Virus record (IMG/VR): IMGVR_UViG_3300042446_001683
DNA length: 64,000 bases
Reading direction: 5' to 3' (one strand)
From: a virus
Numbering within the stretch: position 1 is the first letter of the stretch; each line of letters begins with the position of its first letter. Position numbers and translations under genes: made by a program. The notes below the pieces were generated by a model. It saw only the letters and a list, made by a program, of their open reading frames with translations, made no database searches and was not told where the DNA came from. Of the stretch, positions 7,389 to 16,675 are shown in pieces.

Positions 7389-8351
7389 ATGATTAAACTC
7401 ACTGACTTACTTAAAGAATTAGACCTACGTAGTGGAGACCTAGATGATAATATCACCCTAGAACAGGTATTAATAGCATTTTTAGAAGACTTTCAAATAC
7501 CTGAAGATGAATTCTTTACTGTAAGTAGAGGTAAGTTTAACTCTGAGGACTTTGATCTAAAACCTGGTGCTACATTCAATCCTAAGATACTTAAGAAAAC
7601 AACTCTTATATCTGATGGTGATTATGAGTTTATAGTCCCTTCTACTTACCGTGGTACTTTATATTTAGTAAATACTAAAGGTACTACTTTAGATGATTAT
7701 GTTATAGGGCAAGTAGAGGTAGAAAAAATATATATCAACGCGAATTCCGGGCGTACTAAGCCATATCGCATACCTGGTGCAGAGATACATTTAACATATG
7801 TTAGCCCGAAGTACCGCGGCAAAGGACTAGGCGTTAAGATGTATACTATGTTATTAGAAGCATATAAAACAATTTTCTCAGATAACATCTTATATCCTGG
7901 TAGCTGGAAGTTATGGATTAGTAAATTGGCTCCTATAGGTTTAAAACAAGGTAACTTTATTGGAGGTGAAGTAGGAGGAATTATTGTTCCGTTTACTCCT
8001 GAAGATATAAGTGATGCTAGTTTGATGGAAGGTATAGGAGTAGACCACTTAATACTATCTACTGAACCGCCTCAAGTATTACTCGACATTAAACAAGCAT
8101 TATCAGGTTTATCTCTATCTAAAGGGGATTATGGTATCTATGAAATGAGAACTTCAAATCTTAAAGTAACTCAATTAGATGAAATTGTTGACCAAGTTGG
8201 TTCGATTGAAGAAGTAATTGAAGAAGCTGGTTTAATACAAGTAGTTGGATTAAATGATGATGATAACTACCCAGCTATAGTAGTAGCGACTCAGGACGCT
8301 TTAGCGGTGATTCGCGAGGTAGGTGACGATGTTACTCTAGAAATCGTCTAA
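7389..8351 (+). CDS. GNAT-family acetyltransferase with MIKLTDLLKE leader
   Basis: YVSPKYRGKGLG acetyl-CoA motif A; SD...W downstream. Confidence 0.7.
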   Translation: MIKLTDLLKELDLRSGDLDDNITLEQVLIAFLEDFQIPEDEFFTVSRGKFNSEDFDLKPGATFNPKILKKTTLISDGDYEFIVPSTYRGTLYLVNTKGTTLDDYVIGQVEVEKIYINANSGRTKPYRIPGAEIHLTYVSPKYRGKGLGVKMYTMLLEAYKTIFSDNILYPGSWKLWISKLAPIGLKQGNFIGGEVGGIIVPFTPEDISDASLMEGIGVDHLILSTEPPQVLLDIKQALSGLSLSKGDYGIYEMRTSNLKVTQLDEIVDQVGSIEEVIEEAGLIQVVGLNDDDNYPAIVVATQDALAVIREVGDDVTLEIV

Positions 8352-8461
8352 TCCATTAATTTTCAACGTTCTAGTACCTTCTTGTAACCTTTCCGGGTGA
8401 GTGTTTGGCTTCCTGGTGAATGGATGTTATATTTAATATATAATAATTAATAATAACGACT

Positions 8462-8632
8462 ATGAACACAACAGTAATTGCAATTTTGATTTTGACAGCA
8501 GTAATCGCTCGAGTAATCGCGAATAAAAAGGCTGAAGTTAAACCAACAGCTAAACAGGAACTAGTTAGTTTTTTAGGTAATGTGACTGTTAATTTTGCGT
8601 TTTATATCGCTTTAACAATCATCTTTGGTTAA
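8462..8632 (+). CDS. small two-TM membrane protein (56 aa, not in ORF track)
   Basis: behind promoter at 8404; MNTTVIAILILTAVIA...FYIALTIIFG. Confidence 0.65.
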   Translation: MNTTVIAILILTAVIARVIANKKAEVKPTAKQELVSFLGNVTVNFAFYIALTIIFG

Positions 8633-8695
8633 GAGTTTGGCTCACCAGGATAAGGATATTATATTTAGGTATAATTAAAAACACAAATAAAGGTT

Positions 8696-8992
8696 ATGGA
8701 AAAAAGAAGAGGTCGCCCACCCGGGACAAAGAAACAAGAAGTTAAATTAGAAGTAAGCACAGCTGAACCTAAAAAAAGAGGCCGTAAGGCAGTTCAAAAG
8801 ATATTTATTGTACCTACAATTGATGCCTTAGAAGGTGAATTTGAAGGTTCAACATCTGAGAAGTTAAAGATATATGCGGACCAGGCAGTTCTTTTAGCTC
8901 AGGATATAGATAAGGATCCATGGAGAATGGATTATAGAGAAAAATACAGAAACACAATCAGTCGTATGTGTTCACTAATTCAAGAATTATAA
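8696..8992 (+). CDS. AT-hook-like DNA-binding protein
   Basis: KRRGRPPG and KKRGRK. Confidence 0.55.
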   Translation: MEKRRGRPPGTKKQEVKLEVSTAEPKKRGRKAVQKIFIVPTIDALEGEFEGSTSEKLKIYADQAVLLAQDIDKDPWRMDYREKYRNTISRMCSLIQEL

Positions 8993-9014
8993 ATAAAATA
9001 AATAAATAAAGGTT

Positions 9015-9818
9015 ATGCCACTAGATTTAAACAACAACACGTTTTTAACTGCTTCTGAAATTAGAGAGAAAGCAAGTTCAATTTTCACAACTACAAGTGC
9101 TCCAGGTACTAGTCAAAAGTACTCACACATTTCAACTAAACAGATCATTGATGATATGGAAGAATTAGGATGGGGTGTGGTGGATGCTAAACAAGTACGC
9201 GCCCGTAAAGGTGAAGGTTTTCAAAAACACTTAGTAGTGTTCCGTAACAATGATTTGTTCATTGAGGGTGCTGATGGTGATAATGTGTTTCCACAAATTC
9301 TATTAACTAATAGTCATGATGGTAAAAATGCGTTTACATTCACAGCTGGTTTGTTCCGAATGGTTTGTGAGAATGGTTTAGTAATTTCAACTCAAGAGTT
9401 TGAAAATATGAAGATTCGCCACTACGGATATGATTTTAATGAGTTACAAACTGTTATTAATACAATGGTAGGAGCGTTACCGTTAGCAGTTGAGTCAATG
9501 AATCGTTTCAAACAAACACAACTAGCTCAAGAACAAATTTTAGAGTTTGCTCGTAAAGCGGTTCAAGTACGTTTTGGTGAGGAACATGCGCAAAACATTG
9601 CAATTGATTATAACGCCTTAACCACAGCTACTAGACCTGAAGATCGTGGTACTGATTTGTGGAGTGTGTTTAATGTGATTCAAGAGAAAATTACTCAAGG
9701 TATGTTTGAGTACCAGTCAGGAGCTAAAGTAAGAAAAGCTCGTAAGATTAAGAACTTCAGACAAGACTTAGATTTGAATGCTAAGTTGTATGAGTTGGCA
9801 GCTGAGTTTGCTGCTTAA
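9015..9818 (+). CDS. DUF932/DUF945-family protein
   Basis: LLTNSHDG...AGLFRMVCENGL signature. Confidence 0.8.
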   Translation: MPLDLNNNTFLTASEIREKASSIFTTTSAPGTSQKYSHISTKQIIDDMEELGWGVVDAKQVRARKGEGFQKHLVVFRNNDLFIEGADGDNVFPQILLTNSHDGKNAFTFTAGLFRMVCENGLVISTQEFENMKIRHYGYDFNELQTVINTMVGALPLAVESMNRFKQTQLAQEQILEFARKAVQVRFGEEHAQNIAIDYNALTTATRPEDRGTDLWSVFNVIQEKITQGMFEYQSGAKVRKARKIKNFRQDLDLNAKLYELAAEFAA

Positions 9819-9840
9819 ACAGTTAGTGGTTGAGTATTAA

Positions 9841-9866
9841 GAAGGGAGCGAAAGCTCCTTTCTCTG
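9841..9866 (+). terminator. intrinsic terminator
   Basis: GAAGGGAGC-GAAA-GCTCCTTTC. Confidence 0.7.
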
Positions 9867-9899
9867 TTGTATTTATAATAAACACTTAAACACACAACT

Positions 9900-10175
9900 A
9901 TGATGAATTTTAAACAATGGGTCATCGATTTATTTAAAGATGAACGTGGCTCAACTTCAGTTAAACCGGTAATCGCATTACTTGGTGCTTTATTTTTAAG
10001 TACAACTATGACTATTAACTCATTTTCTCATGCTGATTTCTCACCAGCTGATAATTTAGTTGACGCTGTATTAATTATAACAGCTATAGGTATGGGTGCT
10101 GATACATTGGATAAGTTCTCTTCTCCACGTAAAAAAACGGAAAATACCAACAATACCGGTGAGGATAATATCTAA
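9900..10175 (+). CDS. two-TM membrane protein, possible holin
   Basis: two TM helices, charged C-terminus, late-type promoter at 9870. Confidence 0.5.
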   Translation: MMNFKQWVIDLFKDERGSTSVKPVIALLGALFLSTTMTINSFSHADFSPADNLVDAVLIITAIGMGADTLDKFSSPRKKTENTNNTGEDNI

Positions 10176-10200
10176 TATATAAAAATATAGATAGTCGTTT

Positions 10201-10227
10201 AAAGCCGGGTTAAGCCCGGCTTTTTTT
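10201..10227 (+). terminator. intrinsic terminator
   Basis: AAAGCCGGG-TTAAG-CCCGGCTTTTTTT. Confidence 0.85.
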
Positions 10228-10282
10228 ATTAATAAGAGTTTGGCTCCCCAATAGATGGATATTATATTCATCATATATAAAA

Positions 10283-10354
10283 GCTTCTTAAGCATAAAAG
10301 GTGATGCACCTGATTTGTACTCAGGATAAGTGGGTTCGATTCCTACAAGAAGCT
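10283..10354 (+). tRNA. trnT: tRNA-Thr(TGT)
   Basis: GCTTCTT/AAGAAGC acceptor, GCAT/ATGC D-stem, CCTGA-TTTGTAC-TCAGG anticodon arm, GTGGG-TTCGATT-CCTAC T-arm. Confidence 0.85.
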
Positions 10355-10358
10355 CTAC

Positions 10359-10499
10359 ACTCAAGTGGCGAAAGGATCAGGAGGCCCTGGTCGATGGTAG
10401 ACGCGACGTATGGTTATAACAACGTGGGTAAAAAATCATCTGAACAAGATGTGGTCATTATAATGGCAGCTCGTGCAGGTTCGATTCCTGCCTTGAGTA
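10359..10499 (+). ncRNA. tRNA-like RNA (Leu-type D-arm) with D-loop insertion and replaced anticodon domain
   Basis: ACTCAAG/CTTGAGT acceptor, TGGCG...GGTAGACGC, GCAGG-TTCGATT-CCTGC. Confidence 0.7.
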
Positions 10500-10504
10500 C
10501 AATA

Positions 10505-10578
10505 GCGCCCTTAGCTCATTCGGTTAGAGCAACTGACTCATAATCAGTAGGTACCTGGTTCGACCCCAGGAGGGCGCA
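10505..10578 (+). tRNA. tRNA with CAT anticodon, probably Ile2 (lysidine-modified) rather than Met
   Basis: GCGCCCT/AGGGCGC acceptor, ACTGA-CTCATAA-TCAGT; body resembles Ile2 tRNAs. Confidence 0.85.
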
Positions 10579-10592
10579 CTAAATTTTTTATT

Positions 10593-10736
10593 ATGATTTT
10601 ATTAACAGTTATTTTACTTATTGAAACAGTTTTATCAATTACTTATCTCTATACTATAAGTAAACGAGTAGAACAATTAGAGAACGAAATAAGTGAGTTA
10701 AAAACTCGACATATCAAACAACTATTAAAGGGTTGA
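10593..10736 (+). CDS. small TM plus coiled-coil protein (47 aa, not in ORF track)
   Basis: MILLTVILLIETVLSITYLY then heptads. Confidence 0.55.
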   Translation: MILLTVILLIETVLSITYLYTISKRVEQLENEISELKTRHIKQLLKG

Positions 10737-10794
10737 TTTGATGGTTAAAGCGGCTTAAAGCCGCTATTTCCCTACTTAACATATATTTATATAT

Positions 10795-11208
10795 ATGAAT
10801 ATTGACGATATTTTTAACTTATTTAAATCCCCTGAAGAGGAAAATGAGACTACTACCCAGGTAGACATGTCAGATCATCCTATTGTCTGGATGGGGATGT
10901 TTAAAAAGTTAATTATAAATTATAAGATATTTAGTAAACAGATGATAGAGTTTTTTGAATCATCTGATCCTAAATTAGATATAGATGATATTAAATTAGC
11001 TGGTGGTATGATGGTGTTTACTAGAGCTATGGATCATATTTCTAAAATAGACACCACTAACCAAATGCATCGTGATTGTATTATATTATACTCAGATGAA
11101 CATTTCTTAAAAGCATTATCGTCAGCACTTTCTCATTTTGAAGATTTAGAAGAATATGAGAATTGTGCTCTTCTTAAAAAAATACAAGACATAGCAAACC
11201 CCTCTTAA
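10795..11208 (+). CDS. hypothetical protein with C-terminal UvrB/C (UVR)-like motif
   Basis: FEDLEEYENCALLKK. Confidence 0.6.
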   Translation: MNIDDIFNLFKSPEEENETTTQVDMSDHPIVWMGMFKKLIINYKIFSKQMIEFFESSDPKLDIDDIKLAGGMMVFTRAMDHISKIDTTNQMHRDCIILYSDEHFLKALSSALSHFEDLEEYENCALLKKIQDIANPS

Positions 11209-11331
11209 AAATAGCTTGGCCTTGCAAGTCCTAATTCGTATTATATAAATACGGGTTTTAGGAAACATCTAAAACGTAGGAAATAAAGAACGTGGAATGT
11301 GACCACGGGTATATAAATAAATAATAAACGT

Positions 11332-11514
11332 ATGAAAAACAAAAACAACGTATTACATCAATTAGATAAGATAGATAATCTTGCTAATCAATTGAATTTT
11401 ATTGTTAAACAACAACAACCTTTAGAAACATATATAGAAGGTATTGAAAAATTAAAAGAAATAGTTGAACAAACTCGCTTATTCGTTGAGTCTGAACAAA
11501 CAATGTATAATTAA
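11332..11514 (+). CDS. hypothetical protein
   Basis: helical 60-aa ORF abutting the HD gene. Confidence 0.6.
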   Translation: MKNKNNVLHQLDKIDNLANQLNFIVKQQQPLETYIEGIEKLKEIVEQTRLFVESEQTMYN

Positions 11515-11515
11515 T

Positions 11516-12286
11516 ATGAATTTAACAGCAGAACAAATCCAACAAAACTGGATAGATTTTGAGGAAACAATCAAATCTTACATCAGTGAACCTCGTTGTT
11601 CACAGTTATTAGATTTTTATTCTAAATACTCAGAGCGTATTATGTTAATGCCTGCTGCTCATAAGAAAGAATATCATAATGCTTTCCCAGGTGGTTACGT
11701 AGACCACGTATTACGAGTAGTAGATTGCGCTCTTAAATTAAATAATGTTTGGGTTGAAATGGGAGTAGATGAGTCTACTTATACTAAAGAAGAATTAGTA
11801 TTCGCAGCTCTAAATCATGATCTAGGTAAAATGGGTGATGAGCAACATGAAGCATATATCCCTCAGGATGATCAATGGCGTAAAGATAAATTAGGTGAAG
11901 ACTATAAATTTAATGATCGCTTAGAATTTATGTCAGTACCAGATCGTAGTTTACATTTATTACTTTCTCATGGTATTTCAGTTTCTAAAAATGAATGGTT
12001 AGCGATTAAATTACATGATGGTCTATATGATGATGCTAACAAGCCATATTTAATGTCTTGGTCACCAGAAACTAAACCACGTACTTCATTAATTTATATT
12101 GTTCACCAAGCTGATTTGATGGCTGCTCGTATTGAGTTTGAGCGTGAATGGAATCCTAAATTAAAAGGTGAAGTTAAAAAAACAAATAACTTTTCAGTTA
12201 CTAAAGCACCTAAACAAACAATTAAGACAAAAACATTAAGTAATGTTAAGTCTCAAGGTTTAATGAACATGTTAGATAGTATATGA
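11516..12286 (+). CDS. HD-domain phosphohydrolase (YhaM-like)
   Basis: YHNAFPGGYVDH...NHDLGK...LHDG...HQAD. Confidence 0.85.
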   Translation: MNLTAEQIQQNWIDFEETIKSYISEPRCSQLLDFYSKYSERIMLMPAAHKKEYHNAFPGGYVDHVLRVVDCALKLNNVWVEMGVDESTYTKEELVFAALNHDLGKMGDEQHEAYIPQDDQWRKDKLGEDYKFNDRLEFMSVPDRSLHLLLSHGISVSKNEWLAIKLHDGLYDDANKPYLMSWSPETKPRTSLIYIVHQADLMAARIEFEREWNPKLKGEVKKTNNFSVTKAPKQTIKTKTLSNVKSQGLMNMLDSI

Positions 12287-12558
12287 TAATATTAACAATA
12301 ATATTAGGTTTAATGGTCGTGATCTTAGGATTCACGACCTTTAATCTTCTTAAAAAGAATGAGCGTCAAGAAGATATCTTAGCAGGATATATGGAATACT
12401 TAAGTAGAATATCAGGCATAATTGAATTATCAGATAAAAAACTTAAAGAAATAGACCATAAAGGCTCATTTGAATCAGATGATGAAATTGGTTTCTTTTT
12501 CCAATCTGTTAAACAACTTCAAGAAGCATTAAATGCTTTCCAAATTAAAAATTTATGA
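12283..12558 (+). CDS. membrane-anchored hypothetical protein
   Basis: N-terminal TM helix; overlaps both neighbours by ATGA. Confidence 0.7.
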   Translation: MIILTIILGLMVVILGFTTFNLLKKNERQEDILAGYMEYLSRISGIIELSDKKLKEIDHKGSFESDDEIGFFFQSVKQLQEALNAFQIKNL

Positions 12559-13271
12559 TTGAAATACAAGAGGCTAAAAAAAGAAAACCTAAAGGTGTTC
12601 AATACTTCACTCAAGATACAGAAAATGCTATTAACGAGTATAACTCAACAACTGATTTTGAGTTAAAAGATAAGATATATCGTGAACGTATCCATTATGC
12701 TTTCTTTAAATTAACAGAAAATATTATTCATACTTTTAAGTTTTATTATACTGAGGTAGATAATATTCAAGATTTACAACATGAAGTAATAACATTTTTA
12801 CTTTCTAAAATACATCTATTCAACCCAGCTAAGGGAGCAAAAGCATTCTCATATTTTGGTACTATTGCTAAACGTTATTTAATTATTACTAATACTAAAA
12901 ATTATAAGAAACGAGTAGATAAAGCACCCATTGAAGAAATTGAATCAAATGAAAATTTCTCCTACAGAATTGATGAAGGTTCATCACAAGATAGATTATC
13001 TAATTTCTTAGATGAATATGTCACTTATTGCACATCTAATATTTATACTTTATTCCCTAAAGAAACAGATGCTCAAATAGCAGATGCTATCCTTGAGTTA
13101 TTCCGTAAGAGAGAGCATATAGACATCTTTAATAAAAAGGCACTGTATATATACATTCGTGAGATTATTGATGCTAAAACCCCTAAAATCACTAAGATAG
13201 CCGACAGATTATATAATATATTTAAACAACATTATTATTTTTATCTAGAAAACGGATACACAAATTTCTAA
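12555..13271 (+). CDS. phage sigma factor, gp55-like (late transcription)
   Basis: DLQHEVITFLLSKIHLFNPAKGAKAFSYFGTIAKR resembles sigma region 2. Confidence 0.7.
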   Translation: MIEIQEAKKRKPKGVQYFTQDTENAINEYNSTTDFELKDKIYRERIHYAFFKLTENIIHTFKFYYTEVDNIQDLQHEVITFLLSKIHLFNPAKGAKAFSYFGTIAKRYLIITNTKNYKKRVDKAPIEEIESNENFSYRIDEGSSQDRLSNFLDEYVTYCTSNIYTLFPKETDAQIADAILELFRKREHIDIFNKKALYIYIREIIDAKTPKITKIADRLYNIFKQHYYFYLENGYTNF

Positions 13272-13296
13272 TGTTCATATTTATAAATAAAATATT

Positions 13297-13638
13297 ATGA
13301 ATGGACTAGACAATGTTGTATTTGGTAAAAAAAAATTCTCTGACATATTAGAGGAAATTTATACCAACCAACAAAAGAAAGACAAACAAATATCTATCCT
13401 GATATCAGAATTAAAACCACTTGTACAAGAAATAGGTGATGCTACTCTTATTGTTCCTTTGATTAAAGAATACTTAGAAATAAGTGTTAAAAATGATGAA
13501 CAATTAATTAAGATGGCTACTATCATTCAACGTATTATGAATAACAATGCTGGTCCAAATGATGGTGGTTTTGGTATTTCTGAAGAAGAAAAACAACAGC
13601 TACTAGCTGAATTAGATAAATTTAAGACTGAAGAATAA
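13297..13638 (+). CDS. conserved hypothetical late protein
   Basis: late-type promoter at 13278; helical. Confidence 0.7.
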   Translation: MNGLDNVVFGKKKFSDILEEIYTNQQKKDKQISILISELKPLVQEIGDATLIVPLIKEYLEISVKNDEQLIKMATIIQRIMNNNAGPNDGGFGISEEEKQQLLAELDKFKTEE

Positions 13639-14897
13639 TGGCCTCAATTATATCTGGCTTAAATGGTAGTGTATACTCAGCTGCTACTTCAACCACACCA
13701 AATACATTCAGTGCTCCTTTAGCTAATTCAAATTTTACATCAGCTAGAGTTAAATCTATCATATTAGATGATACACATGAGTATTTTATTGAATTTGGAG
13801 AATGGAGTAGTATAGGAACTATATTTTGGGAACCAATTGACCAGCCATATAGTGGTAGTGGTTATGATAAAAAATCATATGCTTCCCCTATTTTCCCAAA
13901 TATAAAACATTATCCATTAATTAATGAGATAATATACACAGTCCAATTAACTAGTACTAATATATCTACTAACTTATCAGCGAATAAATACTATTATTTT
14001 CCACCACTTAATATGTGGAATAGTCAAATGCATAACGCTCAACCAGGTTATGATGAAGATCCTTCAAATGATGCAGCCCAAACAGTTGATTATAATGCTT
14101 CTTTTCAAGGTGAAGTAAGACAAATACAAGATAATAGTTCTGAGATATTTTTAGGTAAAACATTTGTTGAAAATGCTAGTATATATCCTTTATTACCATA
14201 TGAGGGTGATATTATATATGAAGGAAGATGGGGTAACTCAATACGTTTAGGTTCTACTGTAAAAAATGCTAATAAACCTAATGATTGGTCTTCTGTAGGA
14301 ACAAATGGAGATCCTATCTTTATATTAAGAAATGGTCAAACTAGTACATTTGAGTATCCTTGGGTCCCTCAATTAGAAAATATTAATAATGATTCATCAT
14401 CTATTTATCTTACTTCTACTCAACAATTACCTTTATTCCCATCTAGTAACATACAAGATTCATTTGCGAAATCAACAGCACCAGAGTCTGTATCGCAATA
14501 CTCTAAAAACCAAATAATACTAAACTCAGGTAGATTAGTATTTAATGCTAAAAGTGATTCTATAATATTAGGAGCTAATAAATCTATTCATTTAACATCT
14601 AATGATACTATAGGAATAGACGGAGGTAATCAAATAACATTATCTGCTCCTAAAGTATATTTAGGTTCATCACAAGGAACAGAAGGAACTCAAATTCAAT
14701 CTGTTGTACTAGGAGATAGATTAAACTTATTGTTAGGTGATATAGCTATATTTTTAGGAACTTTAAGTATATCATTTGCTGGGGCTACTGATCCCTCTAT
14801 AAAAGCCATATCAGCTGATGCTTTTACATTAAGTAATCAAATATTAAATGAGGTTAATGGGGGAAATTTACTTTCTAAAAAAGTTAAAACAGCATAA
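13638..14897 (+). CDS. baseplate hub/central spike-like protein (gp5/VgrG-related)
   Basis: OB-like N-terminus, EGRWGNSIRLG, beta-strand repeats, position before gp25/gp6. Confidence 0.55.
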   Translation: MASIISGLNGSVYSAATSTTPNTFSAPLANSNFTSARVKSIILDDTHEYFIEFGEWSSIGTIFWEPIDQPYSGSGYDKKSYASPIFPNIKHYPLINEIIYTVQLTSTNISTNLSANKYYYFPPLNMWNSQMHNAQPGYDEDPSNDAAQTVDYNASFQGEVRQIQDNSSEIFLGKTFVENASIYPLLPYEGDIIYEGRWGNSIRLGSTVKNANKPNDWSSVGTNGDPIFILRNGQTSTFEYPWVPQLENINNDSSSIYLTSTQQLPLFPSSNIQDSFAKSTAPESVSQYSKNQIILNSGRLVFNAKSDSIILGANKSIHLTSNDTIGIDGGNQITLSAPKVYLGSSQGTEGTQIQSVVLGDRLNLLLGDIAIFLGTLSISFAGATDPSIKAISADAFTLSNQILNEVNGGNLLSKKVKTA

Positions 14898-16657
14898 TGG
14901 ATAATATATTATATATAGTACAAGGTACAATTATTGATAGATATGGGGATGCTATTAAAGGAGTAACTGTCACTATTAAATATGAATTACTTCAATCTAC
15001 CACTACTAGTGATATATCAGGCCAGTTTGTATTTGACTCAAATACAACTCCATTTATTAAAGGTATAGATAATTCTTTAATAACATTAACTTTTGATAAA
15101 GAAAATTTTAAACAACAAACTGTTAATCTACCACCACCAGCAATTGTACCATCAGAAACAGTACCTAGTATTGAAGGTCCAACTAGATTAAATGTTATTG
15201 ATGATGTTTTTTATATTTATAAAGTAGGAGATAAAGAATTTAGAAGCCAAAATAATAGTGTAGCTCAATCTAAGGCTACCACTTATTGGAATAATTTAAG
15301 ATTAAATCAAAATAAACAAATAACTGATTTATCTGGAGGAGATGAAGTACAATTAGAAGACGCCCCTCCTGCTCCACAAACAACTATTTCAGGAGTAGTT
15401 CTAGATGAAACTGGTAAACCTCTACCAGGAGCAACAGTTAATATTATTTCTTCTCCAGCCAAACCAACAGCCTCAGATATTACTAATTTAATCTCAAATG
15501 TAACATCTCCAAATGTTAGTGATGTAATAGCGAATCCTCCACAATTACCTGAGCCAACAACCCCAATAAATGAAACTTTAACAACTAAAGAAGATGGAAC
15601 ATGGGAATATAAAGTCCCAACTACTAATGTTGAGTCTAAAGAATTATCTATTACTTTTTCTAAAGATGAAAAAGAATTAAAAACAATAACTAACCCACAA
15701 CAAACTTTATTTATCCCTGAAACTAATGTAACTACTATAGAAGTACCTCGGATAACTTTACTTACCCCACCAGATATATCTTATACTGAGTCTAAAAAAG
15801 TTGAGCAAGAAGTAAAAACTGAAGAAAATAAAACATTAAGAGAACAAATAGATATTAATCTTCCACCACAAGATAAATTAGTTAATAGTATTAATTTAAA
15901 AAAAGAAGATATAAAACGACTATTAATTCCATTTGTTATAAGTTTACTTATTCCTTTTGGAGCAGCTGCTGTTCAAGGTATAACATCAAAACTTCCTATT
16001 GACCAAATTAAAAGTTTAGTCAAATGTCCTTCAGCCGCATTTATCACTAATTTAATAAATAAACGTAATAAACTAGTAAGACAAATAAATAATATATATA
16101 ACACTGTTAAATTATTAACATCTGTATTAGCAGGTACTACAATAGTTATAACTGCGATACAAGTTGGTATTAATGCTATAGGACTAATACCATCCCCACC
16201 AGGAGCACCAGGGGGAGCAGTAGTAGCCGCTGGTAAATTATCTAAAGCTTTAGAACAAGCTCAAATAACAGTTAGTGTTTTAACTTTATCTTTAGCGTCT
16301 TTTGGTGTGATATTAGGTACAATAATAAACTTACTAAATAGTTTAGATATTATATTACAATTTTGTGCTCAAGATAATAACATGGATTTTGAACAAATAA
16401 ATGAAGAAATTAATTCTTTATCTAACAATACAGTTAAAGTATTACAAAGTGAAGACAATACTTATAAAGAATTTACTTTATCAGTTAAAATAGACCAAAC
16501 AAATGAAAGTCAATATATTAGACGTTATGCTGTTGCTACTAATAAACAAGGAGTAGATGTACTAAGAACAGACTCTTCATTCGCCTCAGATCCAACTGTA
16601 TTGATAGATCAATTAAAATTCATAATAGATTCAAATCCTAGCATAACAGCTGAATAA
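14897..16657 (+). CDS. structural protein with carboxypeptidase-regulatory-like domains and hydrophobic C-terminal helices
   Basis: VQGTIIDRYGDAIKGVTV and ISGVVLDETGKPLPGATV. Confidence 0.6.
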   Translation: MDNILYIVQGTIIDRYGDAIKGVTVTIKYELLQSTTTSDISGQFVFDSNTTPFIKGIDNSLITLTFDKENFKQQTVNLPPPAIVPSETVPSIEGPTRLNVIDDVFYIYKVGDKEFRSQNNSVAQSKATTYWNNLRLNQNKQITDLSGGDEVQLEDAPPAPQTTISGVVLDETGKPLPGATVNIISSPAKPTASDITNLISNVTSPNVSDVIANPPQLPEPTTPINETLTTKEDGTWEYKVPTTNVESKELSITFSKDEKELKTITNPQQTLFIPETNVTTIEVPRITLLTPPDISYTESKKVEQEVKTEENKTLREQIDINLPPQDKLVNSINLKKEDIKRLLIPFVISLLIPFGAAAVQGITSKLPIDQIKSLVKCPSAAFITNLINKRNKLVRQINNIYNTVKLLTSVLAGTTIVITAIQVGINAIGLIPSPPGAPGGAVVAAGKLSKALEQAQITVSVLTLSLASFGVILGTIINLLNSLDIILQFCAQDNNMDFEQINEEINSLSNNTVKVLQSEDNTYKEFTLSVKIDQTNESQYIRRYAVATNKQGVDVLRTDSSFASDPTVLIDQLKFIIDSNPSITAE

Positions 16658-16675
16658 TCAAATATTTATAAACAT

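Noticed and set aside
10301-10543. 80-aa ORF, and the N-terminal part of ORF 6784
   Set aside because: They overlap tRNA or tRNA-like genes.
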